From NCBI GenBank assembly GCA_040390065.1, contig JAZJZE010000005.1:309170-373169 (forward strand): a stretch of DNA of 64,000 bases, in the 5' to 3' direction. This document shows, piece after piece, positions 9,512-19,256 of the stretch (positions are counted from its first letter, which is position 1; each line of letters opens with the position of its first letter). This DNA comes from a bacterium (GTDB lineage: Archaea > Thermoplasmatota > E2 > JACPAO01 > JAHFTW01). The notes under the pieces are model-generated. The model made no database searches and had not been told where the DNA came from. It saw only the letters and a program-made list of their open reading frames with translations. The position numbers and the translations under genes are program-made.

Positions 9512-10654
9512 TCATGGCGTTTGCGGGCAGCCCCGCAGTCGGCGGCTCCGGACGAACGCAAGCGCCGCGAGAAGGGCGGGCACGGCAGCGGCCGCGTCGG
9601 GCGTTGACCTGGCTGGAGATGCGAGGCCGCCGCTTGACGCGCCGTTGGCCTTGTTGCCCGACGGCTGGCCCTTCCCCGGCGTCCCGTTCGACGTCGCTGG
9701 AGGCGGGTTTGATGACATCGCCGAGGGTTGGGGGCCGGCAGGGCTCGGGCCGGTGGCGCATGGATAGAGGAAGTCGCGGCCACCCACATCGTCGTTGGTC
9801 AGGTTGGCATGGACACGTTCCGGGGCTTCCGAATTCATCAGGGTCGCGGCGGCTGGCGCGGACAGGTGCAAGCCGGCGGCGGGATCCTGGCAGTCGATGG
9901 CCAGGACGTCGGTCGGGTCACCGTCATTGTCGAAGTTGCGGTCAGGAAACCGGTTCGGGTGGTCGAGGCCCAGGCCGTGACCCGCCTCGTGCGTCACCAG
10001 CGACGCGTAATGGTTGCAGTTGCCCGCCGCCAGCGCCGCGGCCAAGACGAAGCACATTGGGCTGCGTGTACTAAACACAATGTCGACGGCTGCCAGGCGT
10101 TCCCCCTTGCCCGTCGCCCCATTGGTAAGGACCGGCGACGCGGCCTCCGGGAAGTAAGCCGTAAACGCGCCGAAGGATGCCAGGGCCGGATACTGCGCCG
10201 GGTCCATCGCGAAAAGGTCGAACTCGGCTCCACCGAGGGACGTCGTGTCGTTCGGAAGGGCCGGAGGCAGGGATGTGCTGACGTCCGTGAAGTGGAGAGC
10301 GGATTGGCCCTGCGACCAGACATTGAGGGCTTGCTCGGTTGCGCTGCGCAGCTGGTCACACGTGAGCTCCGGCTCCAACGTGAAGCGGGGCAGCAAATTG
10401 GCGCAGAAATCCGGGGCGATGGAATACTCCAGGCCGCCGCCAAGTCCACGCTGGCCGGATGCCGTGAGAGCGCCTGTGGCGGCACTCCAGCGCAGGGGCG
10501 ACTGGATATCATCAGAGGGGTCGTTGGGGGTGCCATTCGTCGCGGTCGAGCTGAGGACAAAACCCGACGCCAATGGCAGGGCGCTCAAGCTCAACGAGAC
10601 CACGACGACCCATCCGGCCGCCACATGGGCCGGCCTTGCCGGGCGGACTGCCAT
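9512..10654 (-). CDS. Secreted matrixin-like (M10 metzincin) metalloprotease with C-terminal anchor
   Basis: Signal peptide, HEAGHGLGLDH zinc motif, Met-turn TLMN, Ser/Pro/Gly linker, and a TP + hydrophobic helix + RSRR tail. Confidence 0.8.
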   Translation of the reverse strand: MAVRPARPAHVAAGWVVVVSLSLSALPLASGFVLSSTATNGTPNDPSDDIQSPLRWSAATGALTASGQRGLGGGLEYSIAPDFCANLLPRFTLEPELTCDQLRSATEQALNVWSQGQSALHFTDVSTSLPPALPNDTTSLGGAEFDLFAMDPAQYPALASFGAFTAYFPEAASPVLTNGATGKGERLAAVDIVFSTRSPMCFVLAAALAAGNCNHYASLVTHEAGHGLGLDHPNRFPDRNFDNDGDPTDVLAIDCQDPAAGLHLSAPAAATLMNSEAPERVHANLTNDDVGGRDFLYPCATGPSPAGPQPSAMSSNPPPATSNGTPGKGQPSGNKANGASSGGLASPARSTPDAAAAVPALLAALAFVRSRRLRGCPQTP

Positions 10655-10762
10655 TTCCCCTGCCGTGGCCGGGAGGGTTGGCCGCCGGGCCGCGCGCTGC
10701 AACGCTTTGCAGATCGGTCGCACCTTGGCCGCAGATTGCATGCCGGCCGATGCGCTGCCGGA

Positions 10763-11815
10763 CTACTTCAGCATCCCGGCCAGGCGCTCCAGCGCTTCCT
10801 TGCAATCCGCCCGACTCACGTTGCGGTGCGTCACGAAGCGCACGGTCGGCCCCGCATCGCGAAAATTCCCCAAGACGCCCACCTTGCGCGAGGCCTCCAA
10901 AAACGCCGCGGCCGTCATCTTCGTCCCGGAAATGTCGGCCATCACCATGTTCGTCTCAACGGTCTTGAGGTCGACCTTGACGCCGGGCAGGTTCGCCAAC
11001 CCCTTCGCCAGGAACTTGGCGTTGGCGTGGTCGTCGGCGAGGCGCTCGATGCCCGTGTCGAGGGCAACGATGCCGGCTGCTGCGAGGTGGCCGGCTTGCC
11101 GCATGCCACCGCCGAGGACCTTCCGAGCCGTATGCGCCTTGTGGATGAACTCCGTGCTGCCGCACACGAGGGAACCCACGGGCGCCGAGAGGCCCTTGGA
11201 CAAACAGAACATGACGGAGTCTGAGCCCTTCGTGAGTTTGGCCGCGGTCGTCTTGCGTGCAATCGCGGCGTCGAAGATGCGCGCGCCGTCGACGTGCAGC
11301 ATGGCACCCTTGTCGTGGGCCAAGTCGGCGATGGCCTTCGTCTGCGCCGCCGACCACGTGCGGCCGCCGGCGTAGTTGTGCGTGTTCTCGATGGCCACGA
11401 GTTTCACTGGCGAAAAGTGCGCGTCGTCGGGCGGGAACAGGTGGGCCACATCCTTCGGCCCAAACGTGCCATCGGCGGACCTGAACGTGCGCAATGTGAC
11501 GTTGGAAAGAAGGCTTGACGCGCCGCCCTCGTACAGCGCCAAGTGGCAGTTCTCCTCGCAGACCATCGATCCCGTACGGCCTGAGTGGACCCAGACGGAG
11601 ACCTGGTTGCCCATCGTTCCAGTCGGGACGAACAGGGCGGCCTCCGTGCCAAGCAGACGGGCGGCCTTGTCCTGCAACCGGTTGACGGTCGGATCCTCGC
11701 CGTACACATCGTCACCGACGTCGGCATCCGCCATTGCCTTGCGCATCGCCGCCGTCGGCTGCGTGATGGTGTCACTGCGGAAGTCGATGATGCGCGGGGC
11801 TGCCAGCCTTGCCAC
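10763..11815 (-). CDS. ltaE: Low-specificity L-threonine aldolase
   Basis: [38 protein letters not shown] lysine in CLSKGL, GGGMRQ. Confidence 0.94.
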   Translation of the reverse strand: MARLAAPRIIDFRSDTITQPTAAMRKAMADADVGDDVYGEDPTVNRLQDKAARLLGTEAALFVPTGTMGNQVSVWVHSGRTGSMVCEENCHLALYEGGASSLLSNVTLRTFRSADGTFGPKDVAHLFPPDDAHFSPVKLVAIENTHNYAGGRTWSAAQTKAIADLAHDKGAMLHVDGARIFDAAIARKTTAAKLTKGSDSVMFCLSKGLSAPVGSLVCGSTEFIHKAHTARKVLGGGMRQAGHLAAAGIVALDTGIERLADDHANAKFLAKGLANLPGVKVDLKTVETNMVMADISGTKMTAAAFLEASRKVGVLGNFRDAGPTVRFVTHRNVSRADCKEALERLAGMLK

Positions 11816-11863
11816 GCTGGTGGACGGCACGATCACGGCGATAAGGCTGGCGGGCCGCGCGGG

Positions 11864-12208
11864 CTACTGCGGAGGCTTGCCATCTCCCAGATCGCGGGGT
11901 CTCTTCGGATCCGGCCCGTCGAGGTCGGGATCGTAGGCCCATGGGTCGGCGACCCGGTGCAGCCGCCAGCCGAAATAGGCCCAAGCGACCAGAGACGCGC
12001 CGAGCGCTGCGACCGCGACGACAATGATGCCCGCCTGGATGTTGGCGAGGTCGATGGACAAGTTCCCAATCTGCACGCCGCGCATGGGCACGCGGGCGAC
12101 CGTGAAGCCGACGCCGAAGATGAGAAGGGCCACGAAGGCGACGAGGAGGACTGTCCGAGAACGGTCGCGGGCGCGCCGCAGCCGATGGATCAACGCCTCG
12201 TCGCGCAC
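11864..12208 (-). CDS. Small two-TM membrane protein
   Basis: Two hydrophobic segments and a TATA-like box about 26 nt upstream of the GTG. Confidence 0.6.
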   Translation of the reverse strand: MRDEALIHRLRRARDRSRTVLLVAFVALLIFGVGFTVARVPMRGVQIGNLSIDLANIQAGIIVVAVAALGASLVAWAYFGWRLHRVADPWAYDPDLDGPDPKRPRDLGDGKPPQ

Positions 12209-12245
12209 GATGGGCAACCTGTAGCGGCGTTCCTAAGCCTGCCCA

Positions 12246-12374
12246 TCACATGTCGAGGAGAATGATCTCCTCTTCGGGGCGGTGCATGGCCCGCAGCTTC
12301 TGGAGCCATTCCTGCAAGGCGGGGTCGCGCAGGTCTGCCCGTGCGTTCTTGGCCTCTTCGTGTTGAATGCTCAT
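12246..12374 (-). CDS. 42-aa microprotein (paralog of 12421..12564)
   Basis: Manual translation MSIQHEEAKNARADLRDPALQEWLQKLRAMHRPEEEIILLDM. TTCAAG box about 25 nt upstream. Aligns with its neighbour. Confidence 0.65.
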   Translation of the reverse strand: MSIQHEEAKNARADLRDPALQEWLQKLRAMHRPEEEIILLDM

Positions 12375-12420
12375 GGGGTTGCCTCGTTTCTCCCTGCTTG
12401 AATCCATTGTGGTGCAAACA

Positions 12421-12564
12421 CTACAGTTCGAACAGGACCGGCTCGGGGTCCGCCGCGTCGGCGTCCTTCAGGTGGCCAAGCCATGCCTCTAGGTCCTGGT
12501 CGAGTCGGTAGGAGGCGAATTTCTCCTTCGACCCTTCATGGTGGGCGTGTGGTGCGCGGGCCAT
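12421..12564 (-). CDS. 47-aa microprotein (paralog of 12246..12374)
   Basis: Manual translation MARAPHAHHEGSKEKFASYRLDQDLEAWLGHLKDADAADPEPVLFEL. CTTTAGA box about 25 nt upstream. Confidence 0.65.
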   Translation of the reverse strand: MARAPHAHHEGSKEKFASYRLDQDLEAWLGHLKDADAADPEPVLFEL

Positions 12565-12609
12565 ACCCTTTCGTCCGGTCCCGGTTCTAAAGCCTGTTTC
12601 GGCGCAGGG

Positions 12610-14631
12610 TCAAATAGTCCGGCGTCGCCGCATCCCGGCCAGCCCCGCCAACAGGAGCACAGTCAGGGCAGCGACAGGGGCGGGTGACTTCGCGGGCTCG
12701 GCGCTTGCCGTCGCGGGCACCGAGCGGCCCTGGTAGGCGGGTCCGGGCGTCAACGTCAGGTTCGTGGCGGCGCCCAGGCGAGCGGCGTCGGTTGCGTTGA
12801 GGTACAGCGTGCCTCCGGTCTTCCCCGAGAGCACGGCGATGGACGTGGGGACATCGACGCTCGCGCCGGCCGAGGCGGCCACCGCGGGGACCTGGGAAAT
12901 TGTCGCGAGGATGTCCTGAACCCCGTCCTTGTCGACGTCGCCGGCGGCTTGCACGGCGATGTCCACGGGTGTCGTCGCCTGCGACAGGACGCCCGTCACG
13001 GCCCATTGGACTTGTCCGCTTGCCGCGTCGAGCAGCGTCATGACTGGCGTCGTGCCGCTGCCGATGACAAGGAGCGCGGTGGGGGCGGCATTCGTCGCCA
13101 TGCGGACGGCTGGGCCTGCCGTCGCAAGCACGATCGGGACGACCGATGAGGCGGCTTGCACCGTGGCGTTCCAGCTCACCTTGCCCGTCACGCCGTCCAG
13201 CACCTGGATGGCAAGGTCGGCGCCCGTCTGGACTGCGACGCCCACGTCGGGGATGCCGTCGCCGGTCAAGTCGGTGAATCCTGTGACGTCTTGGGTGTAG
13301 GCGTCGAGCGCCGCGTTGATGGGCATAGCGGCCGCGTCGATTGTGGCCGTCCATCCGACGGCGCCCGTCGCGCCGCCGGCGACTGCCTGCAGCATGGAGA
13401 TCTCCATCGTTGCGGCGCCGGCGACGCGCTTCACTTGCACGAGGGCGTCACCCGTCGGCAGGGCGCCCAGCGGCACGACCGCGAGAAGGCCGCCTACGGC
13501 CGCCCCCGAAGCGAGAACGACGTGGCCGTCGACGCCGGAGAGGACCTGGAATGCGGCGGCGGGCGCGGTCTGCACGCCAGATTCCACGGTCTCGACGATG
13601 AGGTCGGGAACCCCGTCCAAGTCGAGGTCGCCGGCTCGGGGCAGGATCATGGGAATGCCGGTCGTGGCGGCGAGGCTCTGCGTCCACGCCACCGTGCCGT
13701 CCACGTTGTATAGCACGATCTTGGGCACGGACGCCGCCACTTGTTCAACCGGCGACACGACGGTCTTGGTGAGGACCGCGACGTCGGGTAGGCCCCCGCC
13801 CAACGGAATCGGCGCCATGGCAAGGACTTGCGTCGCCGGGTCAGAGATGTCGATCGTGGCGGCGACTTCCCCTTGCGCATCCAGCAGGAGCATGTGGACC
13901 GAGGCCTGCGCCGTGGTGGTGAGCGCGCCGACCGGCAGGCTTGGCAGGGGGACGGGAACGACCGCGAACTGCTTGACGGTGCTCTCGACGTACGCGGCTG
14001 CCCCAGCGGCTGCGGGAAGGAGGGCGGACGTGGCGTCGTCGGCTGCCCCGATGGCGGCCCCTCCGGTGGCGGAGCCGGCGCCGCTGTGGCTGTCCATGTG
14101 CAGGCGGCCCAGCACGGGCAGGCCGGTGGCGCCGCTGAGGACCTGCAGGACCTGCTGCGACGACTGCTGGGCCGTGCCGACGCCCATCTCGGCGGCCGAC
14201 GTCACGGGACCGATCAGGCGGACGACGGGGTCCGCAAGGCCGTCGAGGTCGATGTCCGGCGCGCAGGAAAGGATGCGCTGCAAGGACGTGACCTGTGTCC
14301 ACACGACACGCGTGAAGTCAGGGCCGGCCAGGGCACGCAACCGCAACAGTTGGCCGGTCTGGTCCTTGATCTGCACGACGAGGTCGGCAACACCGTCGCC
14401 AGTGAGGTCGCCGACAGCGCACGCCACGGCGTTGGTGACGGTCCCAGAAAGGTCCGGCACGCCGCCCCCCATGGGTGGCGAGAACCGCGTGGTCCACGCG
14501 GCGTCCATCGGCGCGACGCGTGGCTGGTCGGCGGCCGTAGGCAGGATCCAGGCGTTGCCCGTCGGTGCAAGCACGACGGTCACGGTCAGGAGGGCCATCG
14601 AGAGAGTTGTGGCCCGGTTTAGGAGGGACAT
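12610..14631 (-). CDS. Cell-surface protein with FG-GAP/VCBS-like Ca-binding repeats and a PGF-CTERM-like anchor
   Basis: Signal peptide. Five DxxxDG loops (GDLTGDG, DIDLDG, GDLDLDG, TDLTGDG, GDVDKDG). C-terminus KSP + TM helix + RRRR. Confidence 0.8.
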   Translation of the reverse strand: MSLLNRATTLSMALLTVTVVLAPTGNAWILPTAADQPRVAPMDAAWTTRFSPPMGGGVPDLSGTVTNAVACAVGDLTGDGVADLVVQIKDQTGQLLRLRALAGPDFTRVVWTQVTSLQRILSCAPDIDLDGLADPVVRLIGPVTSAAEMGVGTAQQSSQQVLQVLSGATGLPVLGRLHMDSHSGAGSATGGAAIGAADDATSALLPAAAGAAAYVESTVKQFAVVPVPLPSLPVGALTTTAQASVHMLLLDAQGEVAATIDISDPATQVLAMAPIPLGGGLPDVAVLTKTVVSPVEQVAASVPKIVLYNVDGTVAWTQSLAATTGIPMILPRAGDLDLDGVPDLIVETVESGVQTAPAAAFQVLSGVDGHVVLASGAAVGGLLAVVPLGALPTGDALVQVKRVAGAATMEISMLQAVAGGATGAVGWTATIDAAAMPINAALDAYTQDVTGFTDLTGDGIPDVGVAVQTGADLAIQVLDGVTGKVSWNATVQAASSVVPIVLATAGPAVRMATNAAPTALLVIGSGTTPVMTLLDAASGQVQWAVTGVLSQATTPVDIAVQAAGDVDKDGVQDILATISQVPAVAASAGASVDVPTSIAVLSGKTGGTLYLNATDAARLGAATNLTLTPGPAYQGRSVPATASAEPAKSPAPVAALTVLLLAGLAGMRRRRTI

Positions 14632-14754
14632 AAGCACGCAAACGACCGCCAGTACGAGTGCTTTGTGGCAAGGCACCCATTGCCGTCAAGGAAAATGCCT
14701 TGGATGGTGGAGAGGGCGCCACGGGGTTTTGCAAGAACCCTGCGATGGAGGCCT

Positions 14755-15402
14755 TCACAGGGGAAGGGGCGGTCCTGCGCCCGCTTGGCCGCGTCCATAA
14801 CCCAAGAGGACGAGTCCCCCGACGGCCGCGAGGGGAATTCCCCACATGGCCGCCGCGAGAACCAGGGATTCTGCGCGGACGACGGTTGAAATCAGGAAGG
14901 CCAAGAAGAATAGGCCGAGAGCCGCAGCGATGAGGCGCAGGCCCCAGCGTCTGGGGATTGGCGGGAATTGTCGACCGAGCCATGACCCAAGGAACGAGGC
15001 GAGGCCAATCCAGGGAGCGGTGGCAAGAAATACCAACACCGGGACGGTCAAGAGCGCCTTGAGACCAAACCAATCGGTGTTCCAGGTGACTGCCCCCGTT
15101 GCCACGACCGGCCAGAGCACCCCCGGCACGAAGACGGTGGCCCATAAGCCAATCCAGGCCATCACAGCGTGGGCCCACCAGACCCCGCCGCGGCGCTGTT
15201 CGGTCATGATGAGGCAGAGCACGACGAAGAGGCAGATCATCAGGGAATTGAACGCCAGCTCGACGGTGCGGGTGGGCAGGGTTCCACGGACCTGATGCGC
15301 CGACGGAATGGCGGCAACGGCGTACATCGCCGCGCCGAACAAGATGCCGAGGACGAGGGAGGGCGTCGCCGCGCCCAACGAGGCGGGCATCGTGCGCCCC
15401 AT
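14755..15402 (-). CDS. Hypothetical multi-pass membrane protein
   Basis: About 6 hydrophobic segments. Its ATG overlaps the mutase stop (TGATG). Confidence 0.6.
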   Translation of the reverse strand: MGRTMPASLGAATPSLVLGILFGAAMYAVAAIPSAHQVRGTLPTRTVELAFNSLMICLFVVLCLIMTEQRRGGVWWAHAVMAWIGLWATVFVPGVLWPVVATGAVTWNTDWFGLKALLTVPVLVFLATAPWIGLASFLGSWLGRQFPPIPRRWGLRLIAAALGLFFLAFLISTVVRAESLVLAAAMWGIPLAAVGGLVLLGYGRGQAGAGPPLPL

Positions 15403-17114
15403 CAGAACACGGCCGGTTCGCGGTATTCGCCATGGACGGAAACCATGGCCTCGCGGATCTCGCCGAGCGTGCAATAGGCGCGGCTGCAGTCCAACAGGAG
15501 CGGCATCATGTTCGGGCGCCGGCCGGAACGCTCCTGTTGGCAGCCCTCGGTGAGGTGGCGGAGGGCCGCGGCGGCTTTCTGCTGGTCGCGGGACTTGCGT
15601 AGCGCCTTCAGTTCGGCGACTTGGCGGGCTTCGCCGGCTTCGTCGATCTTGAGGATGTCCGTGTACGGCGGCTCCTCGATGCGATAGTCGTTGACGCCCA
15701 CGATGATGCGCTCACCCTTCTCGATGGCACGCTGCTGCTGGAACGCCGCGTCCGCAATCTCGCGCTGGAAGAAGCCGTTCTCGATGCCGCGCACCACACC
15801 GCCCATCTTGTCGATGCGGCGGAAGTACTCGTTGGCCTCGCGCTCCATCTCCGTCGTGAGCGTCTCGAGGTAGTAGCTGCCGCCGAGGGGGTCGATGGTG
15901 TTGGCCACTCCGGATTCGTGCGCGATGATCTGTTGTGTCCGCAGCGCGATGCGGACCGCCTTCTCCGTCGGCAGGGCGAGGGCTTCGTCGAAGGAATTCG
16001 TGTGCAGGCTCTGCGTTCCACCCATGACGGCTGCGAGTGCTTGGATGGCCGTGCGCACGATGTTGTTCTCCGGCTGCTCGCGCGTGCACGACACGCCGGC
16101 CGTCTGCGTGTGGAAGCGCAGGAGCAGGCTGCGCGGGTCCTTGGCCCCCTGTGCCTGCATGAAGCGCGCCCAGATGCGGCGGGCCGCACGGTACTTCGCG
16201 ATCTCCTCGAAGAAGTCGTTGTGCGCGTTGAAGAAGAACGACAGGCGCGGCGCAAACGAGTCGATGGGCAGGCCCCGGGCCACGCCACGGCGCACGTACT
16301 CCATGCCGTTGGCGAGCGTGAAGGCGAGTTCCTGGACCGCCGTGCTGCCGGCTTCGCGGATGTGGTAGCCCGAGATGCTCACGGTGTTGAAGCGCGGCGC
16401 GTGCTTCGAGCCCCATTCGAAGGTGTCGAGCACGAGTTCGATGGAGGGCTCGGGCGGGAAAATGAACATCTTCTGCGCCTGGTACTCCTTCAGGATGTCG
16501 TTCTGGATGGTGCCGGAGACCTGCGTGAGTGGCACCCCTTGGCGCTCGGCCGCGCCGAGGAAGAAGGCCCATACGATAGGCGCGGGGCCGTTGATGGTCA
16601 TCGAGACCGACACGTCCTGGAGGGGAATGCCAGAAAACAGCGTCTCCATGTCGCGCTGCGAGTCGATGGCAACGCCCACCTTGCCGACCTCGCCGTGGGC
16701 GTACTCGTGGTCCGAGTCGAAGCCCTGCAACGTCGGGAAGTCAAACGCCGTGGACAGGCCGGTCGTGCCTTGCGACAGGAGGAACTTGAAGCGCTCGTTG
16801 GTCTCCCGCGCCGTGCCGAAGCCGGCAAACTGCCGCATCGTCCACAAGCGGCCACGATACATCGTCGGCTGCACTCCCCGAGTATACGGGAACTCTCCGG
16901 GGAAGCCCAAGTCGCGCTCGGGGTCGAAGCCGACGCGCGTGAGGTCGTGGCGATCGTACAAGCGCTCGACGTGGTGGTTGGAGAGCGTCGTGAATTCCTT
17001 GCGGCGCTCCCCGCCCTTCTCCACGGCTTTCTTGAGCGTCGTCTGCTCCCAGCGCTCTCGGGCCGAGGCATGGGTGGCCGTCGCGGACGGCGCGGCGGAG
17101 GCGGTCTTGCTCAT
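15402..17114 (-). CDS. icmA: B12-dependent acyl-CoA mutase large (substrate-binding) subunit, isobutyryl-CoA mutase-type residues
   Basis: [49 protein letters not shown]. No B12-binding domain. Phe and Gln at the specificity positions. The family call is firm; the symbol is inferred. Confidence 0.8.
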   Translation of the reverse strand: MSKTASAAPSATATHASARERWEQTTLKKAVEKGGERRKEFTTLSNHHVERLYDRHDLTRVGFDPERDLGFPGEFPYTRGVQPTMYRGRLWTMRQFAGFGTARETNERFKFLLSQGTTGLSTAFDFPTLQGFDSDHEYAHGEVGKVGVAIDSQRDMETLFSGIPLQDVSVSMTINGPAPIVWAFFLGAAERQGVPLTQVSGTIQNDILKEYQAQKMFIFPPEPSIELVLDTFEWGSKHAPRFNTVSISGYHIREAGSTAVQELAFTLANGMEYVRRGVARGLPIDSFAPRLSFFFNAHNDFFEEIAKYRAARRIWARFMQAQGAKDPRSLLLRFHTQTAGVSCTREQPENNIVRTAIQALAAVMGGTQSLHTNSFDEALALPTEKAVRIALRTQQIIAHESGVANTIDPLGGSYYLETLTTEMEREANEYFRRIDKMGGVVRGIENGFFQREIADAAFQQQRAIEKGERIIVGVNDYRIEEPPYTDILKIDEAGEARQVAELKALRKSRDQQKAAAALRHLTEGCQQERSGRRPNMMPLLLDCSRAYCTLGEIREAMVSVHGEYREPAVF

Positions 17115-17235
17115 GCTGGAGGCCAAAGAGACGGACAGGAAGAATGTAGCGGCCGATGGCCGCACCGGGGGCGAAAGCCTCCTATGGCTGCCGAGGGGTG
17201 CCAGTGTCGTGGCCACGCGCCGTCGGGCGGATTGA

Positions 17236-18378
17236 GTGGGACTCTACTGGAATCCCTACGGCGCCGCGGGAACCACCGTGATGCTCGTCGGCCTCGGGCT
17301 GGCTTCCTGGGTCTTCTTCACGAATCCGGGGCGCTCGCAGAACCGCCTTCTCGCCCTCGTCATCACCTTCCAAGCCATCATTGTCGGGTTCGCCCAGGGC
17401 GTCATGTTCTTCTTCGACGATCCGGCGTCCGTCTACGCCCTGCAAGGCGTGGCCTTCACTTTCTTCTGGCCCTACGTGCTCGCCTACCTCGCCTTCCTCG
17501 GGACCCTCGACACGCGGGCGACGAGGTGGCTGCGCTTGGGGTGGGTCCGCTGGTCCTTGCTCGGCCTGGCGGCCGTTGGCTTCGTGGCGTACGTGTCGCG
17601 CTTCGACCTCTTTGTCACGGGCACCGCGCCGGCCCCCTACGCGCGACTCGACGCCGAGTTCACGCAGCTCGCTATCCTGCACCAGGTCTTCGTGCCCTTG
17701 CCGCTTTTCCTCTTCGGCATCTACGCGGCCCTGTCCAATCTCCGGAGCACGAAGCCCGGCACGCCGGCGCGCTCCCGGGCCAAGGCCTACTTTGGCGCCT
17801 TCCTCTTCAATGACTTGCAGAACCTCATCCTGACGTTGGCCTTCGTGGTGGCGTTGTACGCGCCGGAGCACATCTACGAATCCATCAACGCCTACATCGT
17901 GGTCAGCTACTTCGTCGTCCTGCTCTTCTTCGTCCTACTCGCCTACGGCCTCCTGAAGACGCAACTCTTCGACATTGACCTGAAGGTGAAGTGGACCATC
18001 CGGCGTGGCTCGTTGGCGGCGTTCTTCCTGGCCGCGTTCTTCGTCGCCTCACAGTTGGCGCAGGCGGTGTTGCCCGGCGTCCTCGGCGGCCCAATTGTGG
18101 GCGCGGTGGTCGTCGGCCTTCTCATGTTTGCCGTACGACCCCTGGAACGTGCCGCGGGCAAGTTCGCGGACACCGCCATGCCGACGGTCAAGGACAACGA
18201 AGACTATCGGACCGTGCGCAAGAAGGACGTCTACCGCGCCGCCGTTGAGTCCGCCCTTCGGGACGGGAGTGTCAGCGAGAAGGAGCGCGGCATGCTCGCC
18301 GCCTTGGCAGACCAGTTGGGTCTGGCGGCGGGCGAGGCGCACGGCATCGAAATCGACGCGCGCAGGACGATGGCGTAG
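17236..18378 (+). CDS. Polytopic membrane protein with TerB-like C-terminal helical segment
   Basis: About 9 TM segments, then [31 protein letters not shown]. Confidence 0.7.
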   Translation: MGLYWNPYGAAGTTVMLVGLGLASWVFFTNPGRSQNRLLALVITFQAIIVGFAQGVMFFFDDPASVYALQGVAFTFFWPYVLAYLAFLGTLDTRATRWLRLGWVRWSLLGLAAVGFVAYVSRFDLFVTGTAPAPYARLDAEFTQLAILHQVFVPLPLFLFGIYAALSNLRSTKPGTPARSRAKAYFGAFLFNDLQNLILTLAFVVALYAPEHIYESINAYIVVSYFVVLLFFVLLAYGLLKTQLFDIDLKVKWTIRRGSLAAFFLAAFFVASQLAQAVLPGVLGGPIVGAVVVGLLMFAVRPLERAAGKFADTAMPTVKDNEDYRTVRKKDVYRAAVESALRDGSVSEKERGMLAALADQLGLAAGEAHGIEIDARRTMA

Positions 18379-18415
18379 AGCGCGCAACGCGGGCGGCGGC
18401 CTGCGCCGCAGCGGC

Positions 18416-19177
18416 CTACCAGGCGCCCTTGCCCGGCACGGCTGCGCCGACTTCGCGCATGTCCGTGATGATGCAACGCACGCCCATCGCCACGAGGGCC
18501 TTGGCCCGCGCGGCGTCGTTCACGGTCCAGGCCGCGACGCGCAATCCGGCCTTCTGCCAAGCGGCGACTTCGCCTGGGGCGTCGATGAAGTCGTGGTCGA
18601 CGTTGATCCAGGTGCAGCCCGTGTCCTGCGCCGTCGCAACGTCGCCGTCGTCGGGCGGCCCGAGGCAGATGAGGCCGCGGGCGATCTCCGGGGCCAAGTG
18701 GTGCACTTCGGCCAGTGCCTTCGGGTCCATGCTGGAGATCTGCACACGCGCACCAAGCCGCTGCTGCCGCACCACATCGACCGTCGGCTTGGCGGCCGAC
18801 GTCGACTTGAGCTCCAGGTTGTACAATCCGTCCCAGCTGCGCAGCATCGTGACCAAGTCCTCGAGGCGCGGCACGGGGCCACCGCCCGCATCGAAGTCCT
18901 GCACCTCCCGCAGCACGAGGGTCTCGACGCGGCCGCGCCCATCCGTCGTGCGCTCCAGGCTCGCATCGTGCAGGATCACGAGTTGCCCGTCCTTCGTCGT
19001 GCGCAGGTCGAGTTCGACGGCGGGGAAGCCGGCGGCGACGGCGGCGCCAAAGGCGGCCAGCGTGTTCTCGGGCTTCTCGCCGGACAGGCCGCGATGGGCG
19101 CAGGCGAACGCTGGAGTGGGACCCGCCACGGCGCTGCTCACTCGGGGATGCGTTTTGACCATGCCGGAAAGCGCCAA
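18416..19177 (-). CDS. Glycerophosphodiester phosphodiesterase
   Basis: AHRG, PENTLAAF, VELD, ILHD, NLELK, AWTVN, IITD. The true start is probably somewhat downstream. Confidence 0.92.
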   Translation of the reverse strand: MALSGMVKTHPRVSSAVAGPTPAFACAHRGLSGEKPENTLAAFGAAVAAGFPAVELDLRTTKDGQLVILHDASLERTTDGRGRVETLVLREVQDFDAGGGPVPRLEDLVTMLRSWDGLYNLELKSTSAAKPTVDVVRQQRLGARVQISSMDPKALAEVHHLAPEIARGLICLGPPDDGDVATAQDTGCTWINVDHDFIDAPGEVAAWQKAGLRVAAWTVNDAARAKALVAMGVRCIITDMREVGAAVPGKGAW

Positions 19178-19256
19178 CCCCGAACGACTCCTTGCGCCCA
19201 GGATAAAGGATTAAGGGCGCCCCGGGTTGGGCCGCCCAGGAAACGGTTGGAACCCC

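Noticed and set aside
17115-17235. Structured RNA or cobalamin riboswitch upstream of the mutase
   Set aside because: Only two short GC-rich hairpins and no B12-box consensus. Such stems are common at this GC content.
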